Of a stretch of DNA of 17,577 bases, positions 9,257-16,877 are shown in pieces. This DNA comes from Tubiluchus corallicola. Taxonomy: Eukaryota; Animalia; Priapulida. The stretch covers positions 1-17,577 of the forward strand of contig JAQGDQ010002501.1 in NCBI GenBank assembly GCA_030141605.1, written 5' to 3'. Position 1 is the first letter of the stretch. Each line of letters opens with the position of its first letter. The translations under genes were made by a program, and so were the position numbers. The notes under the pieces were generated by a model. The model worked only from the letters and a program-made list of their open reading frames with translations. It made no database searches and had not been told where the DNA came from.

Positions 9257-10427
9257 CGGAAAAATGCGCAACATCAGGAGAGCAGCAGAAATAGCCCAGG
9301 GCGTACTGTTCCTGACGTTGCCCTTTATCACGCTGAATGGCGCGAACGCTTTGCGGTTTGATGTCAAAGAGGTGAAGCTTTACGTCCTGGGATACATATT
9401 GTGGCCTGGGGATCTGTATATAGTGTCCGCTTTTGTCATATTCTGCATGTCCCTGTTTATATTTATCACGTTTGCATTCGGGCGCATCTGGTGCGGGTTT
9501 GTTTGTCCCATGGGTGTGCTCATAAGCTTCTTTGAGTACATTAGAGAAAGGACGGGGTCGATCTTTGCCCACATCATCTTTCTTCTGTTTTCATTCCTGG
9601 TCGCTGCAAACCTGATCTGGTATTTCGTGCCGGTCTACGACTTTATGTCTGGATTGAAGAATGGCGACCTTGCAAACGTCACGAGCTATATATGGATCGG
9701 TCTAGGACTGACAATATACTCGAGCGTAAGCCTGATCGGGAGAAGATTTTGCATCGATGTGTGCCCCTACTCAAAGCTACAGTATGCAATGATAGATGCC
9801 AAAACTCTGAACGTGTCCTACATAAAGCAACGGGATGATGATTGCATCAGGTGCGGAGAATGCGTGCGGGTTTGCCCTTTTGCTCTGGATTTAAGGGAGG
9901 TTGTCACCAGTATCGACTGCATATCCTGCGGCAGGTGTATCGATGCTTGTGCCTCTGAACTTGCTCTGCAAGATAAGGAAGCGCTGTTCGGTTATCTCTT
10001 CGGGCAAAGCAAGGGGATAAAAAATTTGAGCAGACCTTCCACCACAATTACACTATCTTTCACGGTGCTGTTTGCTCTGATATTTGCCTACTCTGTGAGA
10101 AGTTATGACGTCTACGATATCAGGATTGAGGCGGAAAGATATACAAAGAATAGAATGATCGATGGAGAATTCTACACAAAAAGGTTTAAAACAACCATCA
10201 CGAACAAGAGCCTGAAGGATGAAGAGGTCAGACTTGCGGTATCGTCAGAGGAGGCGCATCTGGAGCTCTACCCTGACCTGCTCACGTCAAGGGGGAACAG
10301 TACTGAAGTTTTCAACGTGGATGTTACAGTCAAGGACGATTCAAGTGCGGCAAGAGCATCTGCCGCGTTTATTTTCGAGATTGGGGATGAGACGTTTCGT
10401 GAAGTCAAAGTTTTGAGGAAAAGGTAA
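9249..10427 (+). CDS. ccoG: Cytochrome c oxidase accessory protein CcoG/FixG (membrane 4Fe-4S protein)
   Basis: FGRIWCGFVCP and FCIDVCPYSKLQ motifs, two ferredoxin-type Cys motifs (CIRCGECVRVCP, CISCGRCIDAC), TM helices and an Ig-like C-terminus. Start moved to ATG 9249 (or 9264), because 9174 lies inside the ccoQ-like ORF. Confidence 0.9.
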   Translation: MTNGKMRNIRRAAEIAQGVLFLTLPFITLNGANALRFDVKEVKLYVLGYILWPGDLYIVSAFVIFCMSLFIFITFAFGRIWCGFVCPMGVLISFFEYIRERTGSIFAHIIFLLFSFLVAANLIWYFVPVYDFMSGLKNGDLANVTSYIWIGLGLTIYSSVSLIGRRFCIDVCPYSKLQYAMIDAKTLNVSYIKQRDDDCIRCGECVRVCPFALDLREVVTSIDCISCGRCIDACASELALQDKEALFGYLFGQSKGIKNLSRPSTTITLSFTVLFALIFAYSVRSYDVYDIRIEAERYTKNRMIDGEFYTKRFKTTITNKSLKDEEVRLAVSSEEAHLELYPDLLTSRGNSTEVFNVDVTVKDDSSAARASAAFIFEIGDETFREVKVLRKR

Positions 10428-10876
10428 TGAAAAAATATTTTGTATTGATGGCACTAGTAATAGTTGCGGGTCTTGGCACCGTCTTTGCCGTAGTAATCTT
10501 AGGCAAAGCAAATCACGGGGATGTTATTGTGGAAAATCCCTACAAAACAGGGATGCAGTTTCATGAGGTAAGCGCTCTAAAAGAGAGATTGGGCATCGTA
10601 ATAGAGACTGAAAAGGATACGTACGATATCGGTCAAGAGATAACGTTTCTCGTATATCAGCACGATGAAGCGACCCTTCTCCCGATGGATATACGGATAA
10701 AGGCGGGCGCACTACACACAAAAACTTTTCAGACATCCACAGCGCACTACAACGAGGATAAAGGCGTATATCTATCAGGAATAACTCCATCCTCTACAGG
10801 CTGGTGGGACATATTATTTGTACTGGATATTGACCAGTACGCGGTGCAATATGAAGCTAAGGTGGAGGTAAGGTAA
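10427..10876 (+). CDS. ccoH: FixH/CcoH-like membrane-anchored accessory protein
   Basis: N-terminal TM helix followed by VIVENPYKTGMQF (FixH-like V..N.Y..G..(Y/F)); YtkA-like C-terminal strands (G.W.I); TAATG coupling to ccoG; canonical position between ccoG and ccoI. Confidence 0.7.
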   Translation: MKKYFVLMALVIVAGLGTVFAVVILGKANHGDVIVENPYKTGMQFHEVSALKERLGIVIETEKDTYDIGQEITFLVYQHDEATLLPMDIRIKAGALHTKTFQTSTAHYNEDKGVYLSGITPSSTGWWDILFVLDIDQYAVQYEAKVEVR

Positions 10877-10877
10877 T

Positions 10878-11618
10878 ATGCACGATGGAGGACATTCATT
10901 GATGATGATGGGGGGTAATAGTTCAATATTTATCTTCATGTTCCTCATGGGGTTGAGCGGAGGTTTTGGACATTGTATCACCATGTGCGGCCCTGTGGCT
11001 TGTGGGGTTGGCAGTCTTGCTCCTAGGGGGAGATATCTTGACGGTCTGCTGTTCAACACAGGAAGGGTATTGTCTTATGCGGGCGTGGGCGGCATTGCCG
11101 CATTGCTCGGGTATTCCATGAAAGAGGTGGCTTCTTTTGTCCATTTTCAAAAGGTGCTGCAGCTGTTCTTGGGAATGGTTATGATAGCGGCGGGCGTCAT
11201 GGTCGGCAACCTTTACAGCGGATCTGGCATCGGCAAATACACCGTGATGGTCTCTGAAGCTTGTAAGAAACTGACCAATTATTTTTCATCACACGGCAAC
11301 GGAGTTGCAATGTTTCCGTTTGGCATGCTTTTTGGCCTGATACCTTGCGGATTATCCTACGGCGCTTACGCCGTTGCGGCAGGCTACAGCAGCGGAAATA
11401 GCATCAGCGGAATCGAAGCCCTTGCAAATGGAAGCGTAATGTTATTTCTGTTTGGCTTAGGCACAGCCCCTACCCTGCTTATTATAAACTTTTTGTCAAA
11501 CAGAGGAGTATTCCACACAAAGAGATATTTTGAATTGCTTTCATCATTTCTGTTTATATTCTTGGGAGTGATCTATATATACAAGTCCGTTCTGAAGTCT
11601 CTCTTAGGTGCTTTTTGA
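10878..11618 (+). CDS. DsbD_2 / sulfite exporter TauE/SafE-family membrane protein of cbb3 maturation clusters
   Basis: GHCITMCGP, NTGRVLSY, GLIPCGLSY and FGLGTAP motifs; multiple TM helices. Confidence 0.88.
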   Translation: MHDGGHSLMMMGGNSSIFIFMFLMGLSGGFGHCITMCGPVACGVGSLAPRGRYLDGLLFNTGRVLSYAGVGGIAALLGYSMKEVASFVHFQKVLQLFLGMVMIAAGVMVGNLYSGSGIGKYTVMVSEACKKLTNYFSSHGNGVAMFPFGMLFGLIPCGLSYGAYAVAAGYSSGNSISGIEALANGSVMLFLFGLGTAPTLLIINFLSNRGVFHTKRYFELLSSFLFIFLGVIYIYKSVLKSLLGAF

Positions 11619-14035
11619 GTGAAAATGATTAGTTGTTCCCACTGCTTGAAGGTATTTCCGTCACAATCTGCCATATCTTGCGACATCGATGGGGTTGAAA
11701 AACATTTCTGCTGTCCCGGGTGTCTAGGGGTTTATGAGCTGATACACAACAGCGGCTTAAAGAGATTTTACGCCCAAAGGGACTGGAAGAGTGAAGGCAA
11801 GCCGATAGACGAGATGGTGCTTGGGGATCTCAACCCTTTTGAAAAAGAGATAATAACCGACAACGGGATCAACTCCATAGAGATAGTGATAGAGGGGATA
11901 AAATGCCCCTCCTGTATCTGGTTGATAGAGAAGTTTTTATCAAAAAACGACGCAATCAGTTATGTAAGGATAAATTACACGTCAAATAAAGCAAAAATCA
12001 GATGGGAGGGGGATGCCCTTAAGGATATACTGGGGATGATTTATCGCCTGGGCTACACTCCGAAGCTATACAAGACCAGCGAGATGCTGAAGACGAATGA
12101 AAAGGAGTTCATGGACAATGTACTCCGTTTTGGGACTGCGGTCTTCTTTTCCATGCAGGTGATGTTATATTCTGCGGCGCTGTATGCGGGATATTTCCAG
12201 GACATCGAGGACAGTTATCGGATATTTTTCCAGACTTTGGCGATGATTCTTGCTACACCTGTCCTATTTTATTCCGGCTATCCGTTCTTTCGGGGTGCTT
12301 TCAAGAGCTTTGCCAATCTATCCTTTAATATGGACACCCTCATTGCCATAGGCTCTTTCAGCGCTTATGTTTACAGCGTATATTCATTAATCTACGGTGG
12401 AGAGACATACTTTGACACCGCCGTCATGATAGTGACATTCATCCTGGGGGGCAGGCTTATAGAGACCAACATGAGAAAACGAGCCCTCTTTGCGGTGGAG
12501 AAGCTCGTGGATATTGTGCCCAATGAAGTCTCTATCGTGCGGGATGGTTTTCCTATGTCCGTGCAGCTGGAAGATATTGCGATAGGCGATATTGTGGATG
12601 TCAAACCCGGCTGTAGAATACCGGTGGACGGAACGGTTATCGAAGGTGATGGCGAGGTGGATGAATCGATGTTTACCGGGGAACCCATGCCTGTGTACAA
12701 AAAGATCGGCGAACAGGTCACAGGCGGCACAATAAATCTGCTCGGGCACCTTAGGATAAAAACCACAAAGACGAATAAAGAGTCCGCCCTGAACGCCATA
12801 ATACGATCATTGGAGGATATACTGGATCAGAAGACCGCCATACAGACCTTTGCAGATCGGGTGGTGAGCATCTTTGTCCCCACCATACTTATTTTGTCAT
12901 TCTTGACGGTATCTATGCATCTTCTGATATTGGACAGATCGTTTGCCCCCGCTTTGATGACCGGCATATCGGTGCTGCTCATCGCTTGCCCTTGTAGCCT
13001 TGGGATAGCTGTTCCCCTTGCGGTAACGACGGCTTCCGGCAAAGCCGCCCTTGGGGGGATATTTCTAAAATCCGGGAACGAATTTGAAAAGATGCACAAG
13101 GTAGGCACCATATTTTTTGACAAAACCGGCACCTTGACCGAGGGCAACCCAAAGCTCTATCACACGGAAGCCATCAAGGGTGATGTCGAGCATTTGCAGA
13201 GTGTCGCATCGACCCTTGAAGCAAAGTCAGAACATGTGATAGCAAAAGCCTTCCGATATATACCGAAAGATCCGAACATAAATATCGAGACCTTCACAGC
13301 AATTCCCGGCAGAGGAATAGCTGCAACCGACAGCAATCAGGTCTCATATCTGATAGGAAACAGCAGATTGATGACGGAGAACGGAATAGAGATAAGATCC
13401 GCAACAGTAGCCTCATCATATGAAGAGGATGGTTATACGGTGCTTTTCCTGGCAGAAGACAATGAATTAACGGCGATATTTGCCCTGGGCGACAGGCTCA
13501 AGGAGGAAGCAGCATATTGCATCGCTGAGCTAAAGAAGCAGAATATACGCACACATATAATAAGCGGAGATACGGAAATCCCCACAAAGAAGGTGGCAGA
13601 TGTCTGCAATACAGACTCCTATCATCACAGCTTGAGCCCGTCTGACAAGATGGAGATAATAAAAGGGTTTAAAAACTCCGAAAAAAAGAGGATAATGATG
13701 GCTGGCGACGGTATCAATGATATAACAGCCCTTGCCGAGAGCGACATGGGGCTTGCGGTATTTAACGGAATAGATACCACCCTCCAAGGGGCAAACGGCT
13801 ATCTGATCGGGGGGAACCTGATGTCGATTCCGTACATTTTGTCCTCTCTAGGAAGACATTTAGGGTTATAAAGCAGAATCTGTTCTGGGCGACCATATAC
13901 AACGCCGCAGCCGTACCATTTGCAGCGACTGGCATGCTGCATCCGATATTTTCGGTCATAGCTATGACGCTGAGTTCCCTCTTTGTTGCGGGGAATTCAC
14001 TGAGGATAAAGAGATGTTCTCTGTATACATATTAG
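11619..14035 (+). CDS. ccoI: Cu(I)-transporting P1B-type ATPase CcoI/FixI (apparent 1-nt deletion near 13843)
   Basis: N-terminal CSHC...FCCPGC, HMA CPSC, TGEP, CPC, DKTGTLT and GDGIND motifs. The ORF stops at 13871, but the last two TM helices (LSRKTFRVIKQNLFWATIYN...AMTLSSLFVAGNSLRI) continue in another frame to TAG 14033-14035. Confidence 0.92.
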
Positions 14036-14160
14036 TCTTTGTTGCATTATTCATGGGGTTCTTGTGCTTCCTTCTGTTCATATACTCTGTAAAGTCAGAA
14101 CAGTTTGACGACATAGAAGCACCCAAGTACAGAATGCTCGCCGATGACGAAGACGAATAA
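14014..14160 (+). CDS. ccoS: cbb3-type cytochrome oxidase assembly protein CcoS/FixS (48 aa; not in the ORF track)
   Basis: My translation: MFSVYILVFVALFMGFLCFLLFIYSVKSEQFDDIEAPKYRMLADDEDE*. TM helix plus the (G/E)QFDD signature; RBS GAGGA; directly after ccoI. Confidence 0.9.
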   Translation: MFSVYILVFVALFMGFLCFLLFIYSVKSEQFDDIEAPKYRMLADDEDE

Positions 14161-14183
14161 GGGACTGTCAGCCGATCAAAAGC

Positions 14184-14861
14184 CTACAGCACCATGATCA
14201 TCGTCGTGTCTCTGTTAGAGCCATTCGGAAGGAGTACCTTATCCGGAAAGCTTTTCTTGCACTCCCCAATACTTTGGGGTGCATTGGCAGCTCCAAAGCT
14301 CCGAATATAAAAATACCTTCCGCCCACAGAACCACCCACGCCGAAGCGCGCTTCACCGGAATTGCTCATCTCCTCGGCAGGCTCAGTATAACCATCAATA
14401 CCTATCTCCATGATGCAGGTAATCTGGTTGTAGGCAGTTTGTTTGCCTAAGGTCAAACAGGTGTAATCAGCATCAGTTTGATCCTCCTCTAAGGCGTTAT
14501 TGTTGTGAATGTAGCAACCGGTAAAGTACCACTCAAGCTTGTCACCACTAGTGTTTATGATAAAATCTTCCCGGTTGATCGACCCCTTGTCCGCAAGCTC
14601 TCTGATTGCGGCATCACTCTCAGACTTTTGAATAAAATTGATCCCCGCAGGCATACCGGGCAGTCTGTGGTATTTAATATAAAAGCTTCCAATAGCTTCC
14701 TGAATAGATCGTATATTTGAAATATCTTGCCTAGCCTTGGCAGAATGATAAAGCTCTATACCCTTCAAAGCTATGCCGATGAGCACGCCTACCACGGCCA
14801 AAACCACGGCAAGTTCTATAAATGTCCATCCTCGTTTACTTTTCATGCGTCTAACCCTCAT
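14184..14861 (-). CDS. Prepilin-type N-terminal cleavage/methylation protein (pilin/pseudopilin-like), copy 1, most divergent
   Basis: Basic leader, then G|WTFIELAVVLAVVGVLIG (E5 conserved, W at +1); LPG motif; four Cys; CIMEIGIDGY. The alternative start at 14846 has a better RBS (GAGGG). Confidence 0.85.
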   Translation of the reverse strand: MRVRRMKSKRGWTFIELAVVLAVVGVLIGIALKGIELYHSAKARQDISNIRSIQEAIGSFYIKYHRLPGMPAGINFIQKSESDAAIRELADKGSINREDFIINTSGDKLEWYFTGCYIHNNNALEEDQTDADYTCLTLGKQTAYNQITCIMEIGIDGYTEPAEEMSNSGEARFGVGGSVGGRYFYIRSFGAANAPQSIGECKKSFPDKVLLPNGSNRDTTMIMVL

Positions 14862-14962
14862 AAATCACAAAATAACAACAATAAATCCGTTCCAAGCACA
14901 GTCTAACCTTTTGAGAAGATTTTGCAACATACAAATATCCCCCAACCACACCCTAAAGGAGA

Positions 14963-15010
14963 AAGATAATAGCACTCCCCAAATTCGTCAACATGTAAAT
15001 ATTTCTTACA
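14963..15010 (-). promoter_or_regulatory. Putative sigma70 promoter plus upstream palindrome for pilin copy 1
   Basis: Minus strand TTGACG (14991-14986), 17-nt spacer, TATCTT (14968-14963); palindrome TGTAA-N7-TTACA at 14994-15010. Confidence 0.6.
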
Positions 15011-15017
15011 ATCCCAT

Positions 15018-15051
15018 AAAAAAAGCCGCCCCTAATTTAAGGAGCGACTTA
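15018..15051 (-). terminator. Rho-independent terminator after pilin copy 2
   Basis: + strand A7-GCCGCCCCT...AGGAGCGACTT. The C/A mismatches become G-U pairs on the - strand, and the A-run becomes the U-tract. Confidence 0.8.
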
Positions 15052-15062
15052 TCATTAATTCG

Positions 15063-15686
15063 TTACCACACATTAACAGCCATAAATCCGGAGCGGTTGC
15101 CATCGGCAAACTTGATGCAATCGCCAACGCTCGAGTGGAGATTAACATCATTGAACTGGTATGGCCCGCTAGCAGTGCGCACCTCACCGCTGTAGTCACC
15201 GTTATTCCCCTCTATATAGCCATCGACGCCGAGCTCCACTATGCAAGTATGCGCCTCGGCAGTGTGACCGCTGGTACCACTTCTTATATTTACCAAGCAG
15301 GTGTAGAGAAACTCCTCGCCTGCCACATTTTCCACCTTATAGCTACGATCATTATCATACTCGCAGCTTCGGAAATACCACTTCTCGCCAGGCGCTCCAA
15401 CCCTTATGAAAAAATCTTCAACATTCAACAGCCCCTCATCAATAAGAGCCTTCATGGCCAGATATTCCGTGTACCAGGTAATACTGTGCTTGCCTCTGGG
15501 CGTGCCAGGCAGAGCGTCATACTTGCTGTAATGCATAGCAATAGCCGAACTTATCTTATCGATATTTGCAAGATCGGTCTTGACCTTTGCAGTTGTGATG
15601 AGATCTCTAGCCTTGATTGCAAGACCGAGTATTAAACCGATTACGACCAGCACTATAGCCAGTTCTATCAACGTAAAACCCTTCAT
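15063..15686 (-). CDS. Prepilin-type protein, copy 2
   Basis: MKG|FTLIELAIVLVVIGLILGLAIK, LPG, four Cys, CIVELGVDGY, GDCIK. ATG 15686 has RBS GAGG. The 15788 start gives an acidic leader and is unlikely. A start at 15706 plus one missing G would give the leader MKRRMRVMKG. Confidence 0.88.
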   Translation of the reverse strand: MKGFTLIELAIVLVVIGLILGLAIKARDLITTAKVKTDLANIDKISSAIAMHYSKYDALPGTPRGKHSITWYTEYLAMKALIDEGLLNVEDFFIRVGAPGEKWYFRSCEYDNDRSYKVENVAGEEFLYTCLVNIRSGTSGHTAEAHTCIVELGVDGYIEGNNGDYSGEVRTASGPYQFNDVNLHSSVGDCIKFADGNRSGFMAVNVW

Positions 15687-15714
15687 AACCTCATCCTCCT
15701 CTTCATAAGCACCC

Positions 15715-15758
15715 CTTCTGACCTTCTTCTGACCTTCTTCTGACCTCCTTTGATCCTT
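15715..15758. repeat. 11-bp tandem repeat (CTTCTGACCTT), 3 copies plus a degenerate fourth, in the 5' leader of pilin copy 2
   Basis: CTTCTGACCTT CTTCTGACCTT CTTCTGACCTC CTTTGATCCTT, read directly. Confidence 0.85.
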
Positions 15759-15805
15759 GTCGATGCCCAAATAAATCTCTTTCGACAATCCACTTCTTAA
15801 CCGTA

Positions 15806-15852
15806 ACGATATGATTTCCTAAAAATTAGTCAATATGTAAATATTTTTTACA
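15806..15852 (-). promoter_or_regulatory. Putative sigma70 promoter plus upstream palindrome for pilin copy 2
   Basis: Minus strand TTGACT (15833-15828), 16-nt spacer, TATCGT (15811-15806); TGTAAATATTTTTTACA at 15836-15852. Confidence 0.6.
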
Positions 15853-15936
15853 GTAAGAAACAGAGGTCGCCCTTAAGGATATTCTCAAAACAGTATAACT
15901 CCATCAAAATCAGTCGATTGTACAAACAGAATCTGG

Positions 15937-15973
15937 AAAAAAAAAAGCCGCCCCCAATTTAAAGGAGCGGCTT
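15937..15973 (-). terminator. Rho-independent terminator after pilin copy 3
   Basis: + strand A10-GCCGCCCC...GGAGCGGCTT; forms a stem plus U-tract on the - strand. Confidence 0.82.
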
Positions 15974-16010
15974 ATATATGAAGCTCTTAACTATTTAATG
16001 ATGATATATC

Positions 16011-16601
16011 CTAACTCAGAGTATCGCCGTTAGTACTACTGATCTTCTTGAGGCAGCTGGTACTGGTGCTTTCGTATGTCGTACGAAGAATTGAAAGCAC
16101 TTAGCCGCTTGCATCGCCAGTAGTGCCGCTTGCTGTATCATAACCATCGATGCCGAGCTCCACTATACAAGCATGCTGCTCAGTAGAGTTTAGCTCGGCA
16201 CCTTCATGTACCAAGCAGGTGTAGTTCAGCGTCGTAGAATCTGAATCCAAGGTATAGTAGGAGTCAGTATCATACTCACAAGCCTCAAATGTCCAGTTGC
16301 CAGGATTTGCAAGCTCTATCTGAAAGTCCTTATCGTTCAACAGGCCCTCGCCAATAAGATCGCTTGTGGCATCAGCCGATTTGTTTGCCGGGATGCTGCT
16401 GTCACCCATTGAAACACCTGGCAAACCTTCAAACTTGCTGTAGTATGCAGCAACCGCTGAGCCTATCTTATCGATCTTTGCAAGATCACCCTTCAACTTT
16501 GCCGTTGTAATGAGATCCTTACCCCTGATCGCAAGACCGAGTATTAAACCGATTACAACCAACACTATAGCCAATTCTATTAACGTAAAGCCTTTCTTCA
16601 C
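16011..16601 (-). pseudogene. Prepilin-type protein, copy 3, interrupted by an in-frame TAA at 16103-16101
   Basis: KKG|FTLIELAIVLVVIGLILGLAIR, LPG and CIVELGIDGY. It reads SG*VL where paralogs have SGEVR/TGDVR/SGEAR. The same frame continues VLSILRTTYESTSTSCLKKISSTNGDTLS*, which contains the fourth conserved Cys. Confidence 0.7.
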
Positions 16602-16693
16602 TCTCTCATCTCTCTCACCTCTCTATATAAAATAAATACTTTACTCTTTTTAAGATTAACAAATAAAAATCAACATAATTCCCCTAAGCCGTA

Positions 16694-16738
16694 ATGATAT
16701 AGTTTTTAAAATTCGTCAATATGTAAATATTTTTTACA
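16694..16738 (-). promoter_or_regulatory. Putative promoter plus palindrome for pilin copy 3
   Basis: Minus strand TTGACG (16719-16714) and TATCAT (16699-16694), but only a 14-nt spacer that contains homopolymer runs; TGTAAATATTTTTTACA at 16722-16738. Confidence 0.5.
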
Positions 16739-16822
16739 ATAAAGCAAAAGCCGCCCTTAAGGATATTCTCAAAACAGTATAACTCTCTCAAAATCGGTCG
16801 ATTGTACAAACACAATCTGGAC

Positions 16823-16857
16823 AAAAAAAAGCCACCCCCAATTTAAAGGAGCGGCTT
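16823..16857 (-). terminator. Rho-independent terminator after pilin copy 4
   Basis: + strand A8-GCCACCCC...GGAGCGGCTT; the deviations are G-U compatible on the - strand. Confidence 0.8.
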
Positions 16858-16877
16858 ATCATTAATTATTTAATGCG

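Larger units (their letters stand above)
15801..15974. repeat. ~170-bp duplicated intergenic module (terminator, 81-bp block, palindrome, promoter); second copy at 16689-16858, shortened copy at 14981-15051
   Basis: Shared blocks GTCAATATGTAAATATTTTTTACA, CGCCCTTAAGGATATTCTCAAAACAGTATAACTC, GTCGATTGTACAAACA and CCCCCAATTTAAAGGAGCGGCTTA. Confidence 0.92.
16689..16858. repeat. Second full copy of the ~170-bp intergenic module
   Basis: Aligns by eye with 15801-15974 over its full length. Confidence 0.92.

Noticed and set aside
15687-15788. Long acidic leader peptide for pilin copy 2 from TTG 15788
   Set aside because: Prepilin leaders are typically short and basic; the stretch consists of 11-bp repeats and lies just downstream of the predicted transcription start with no good RBS.
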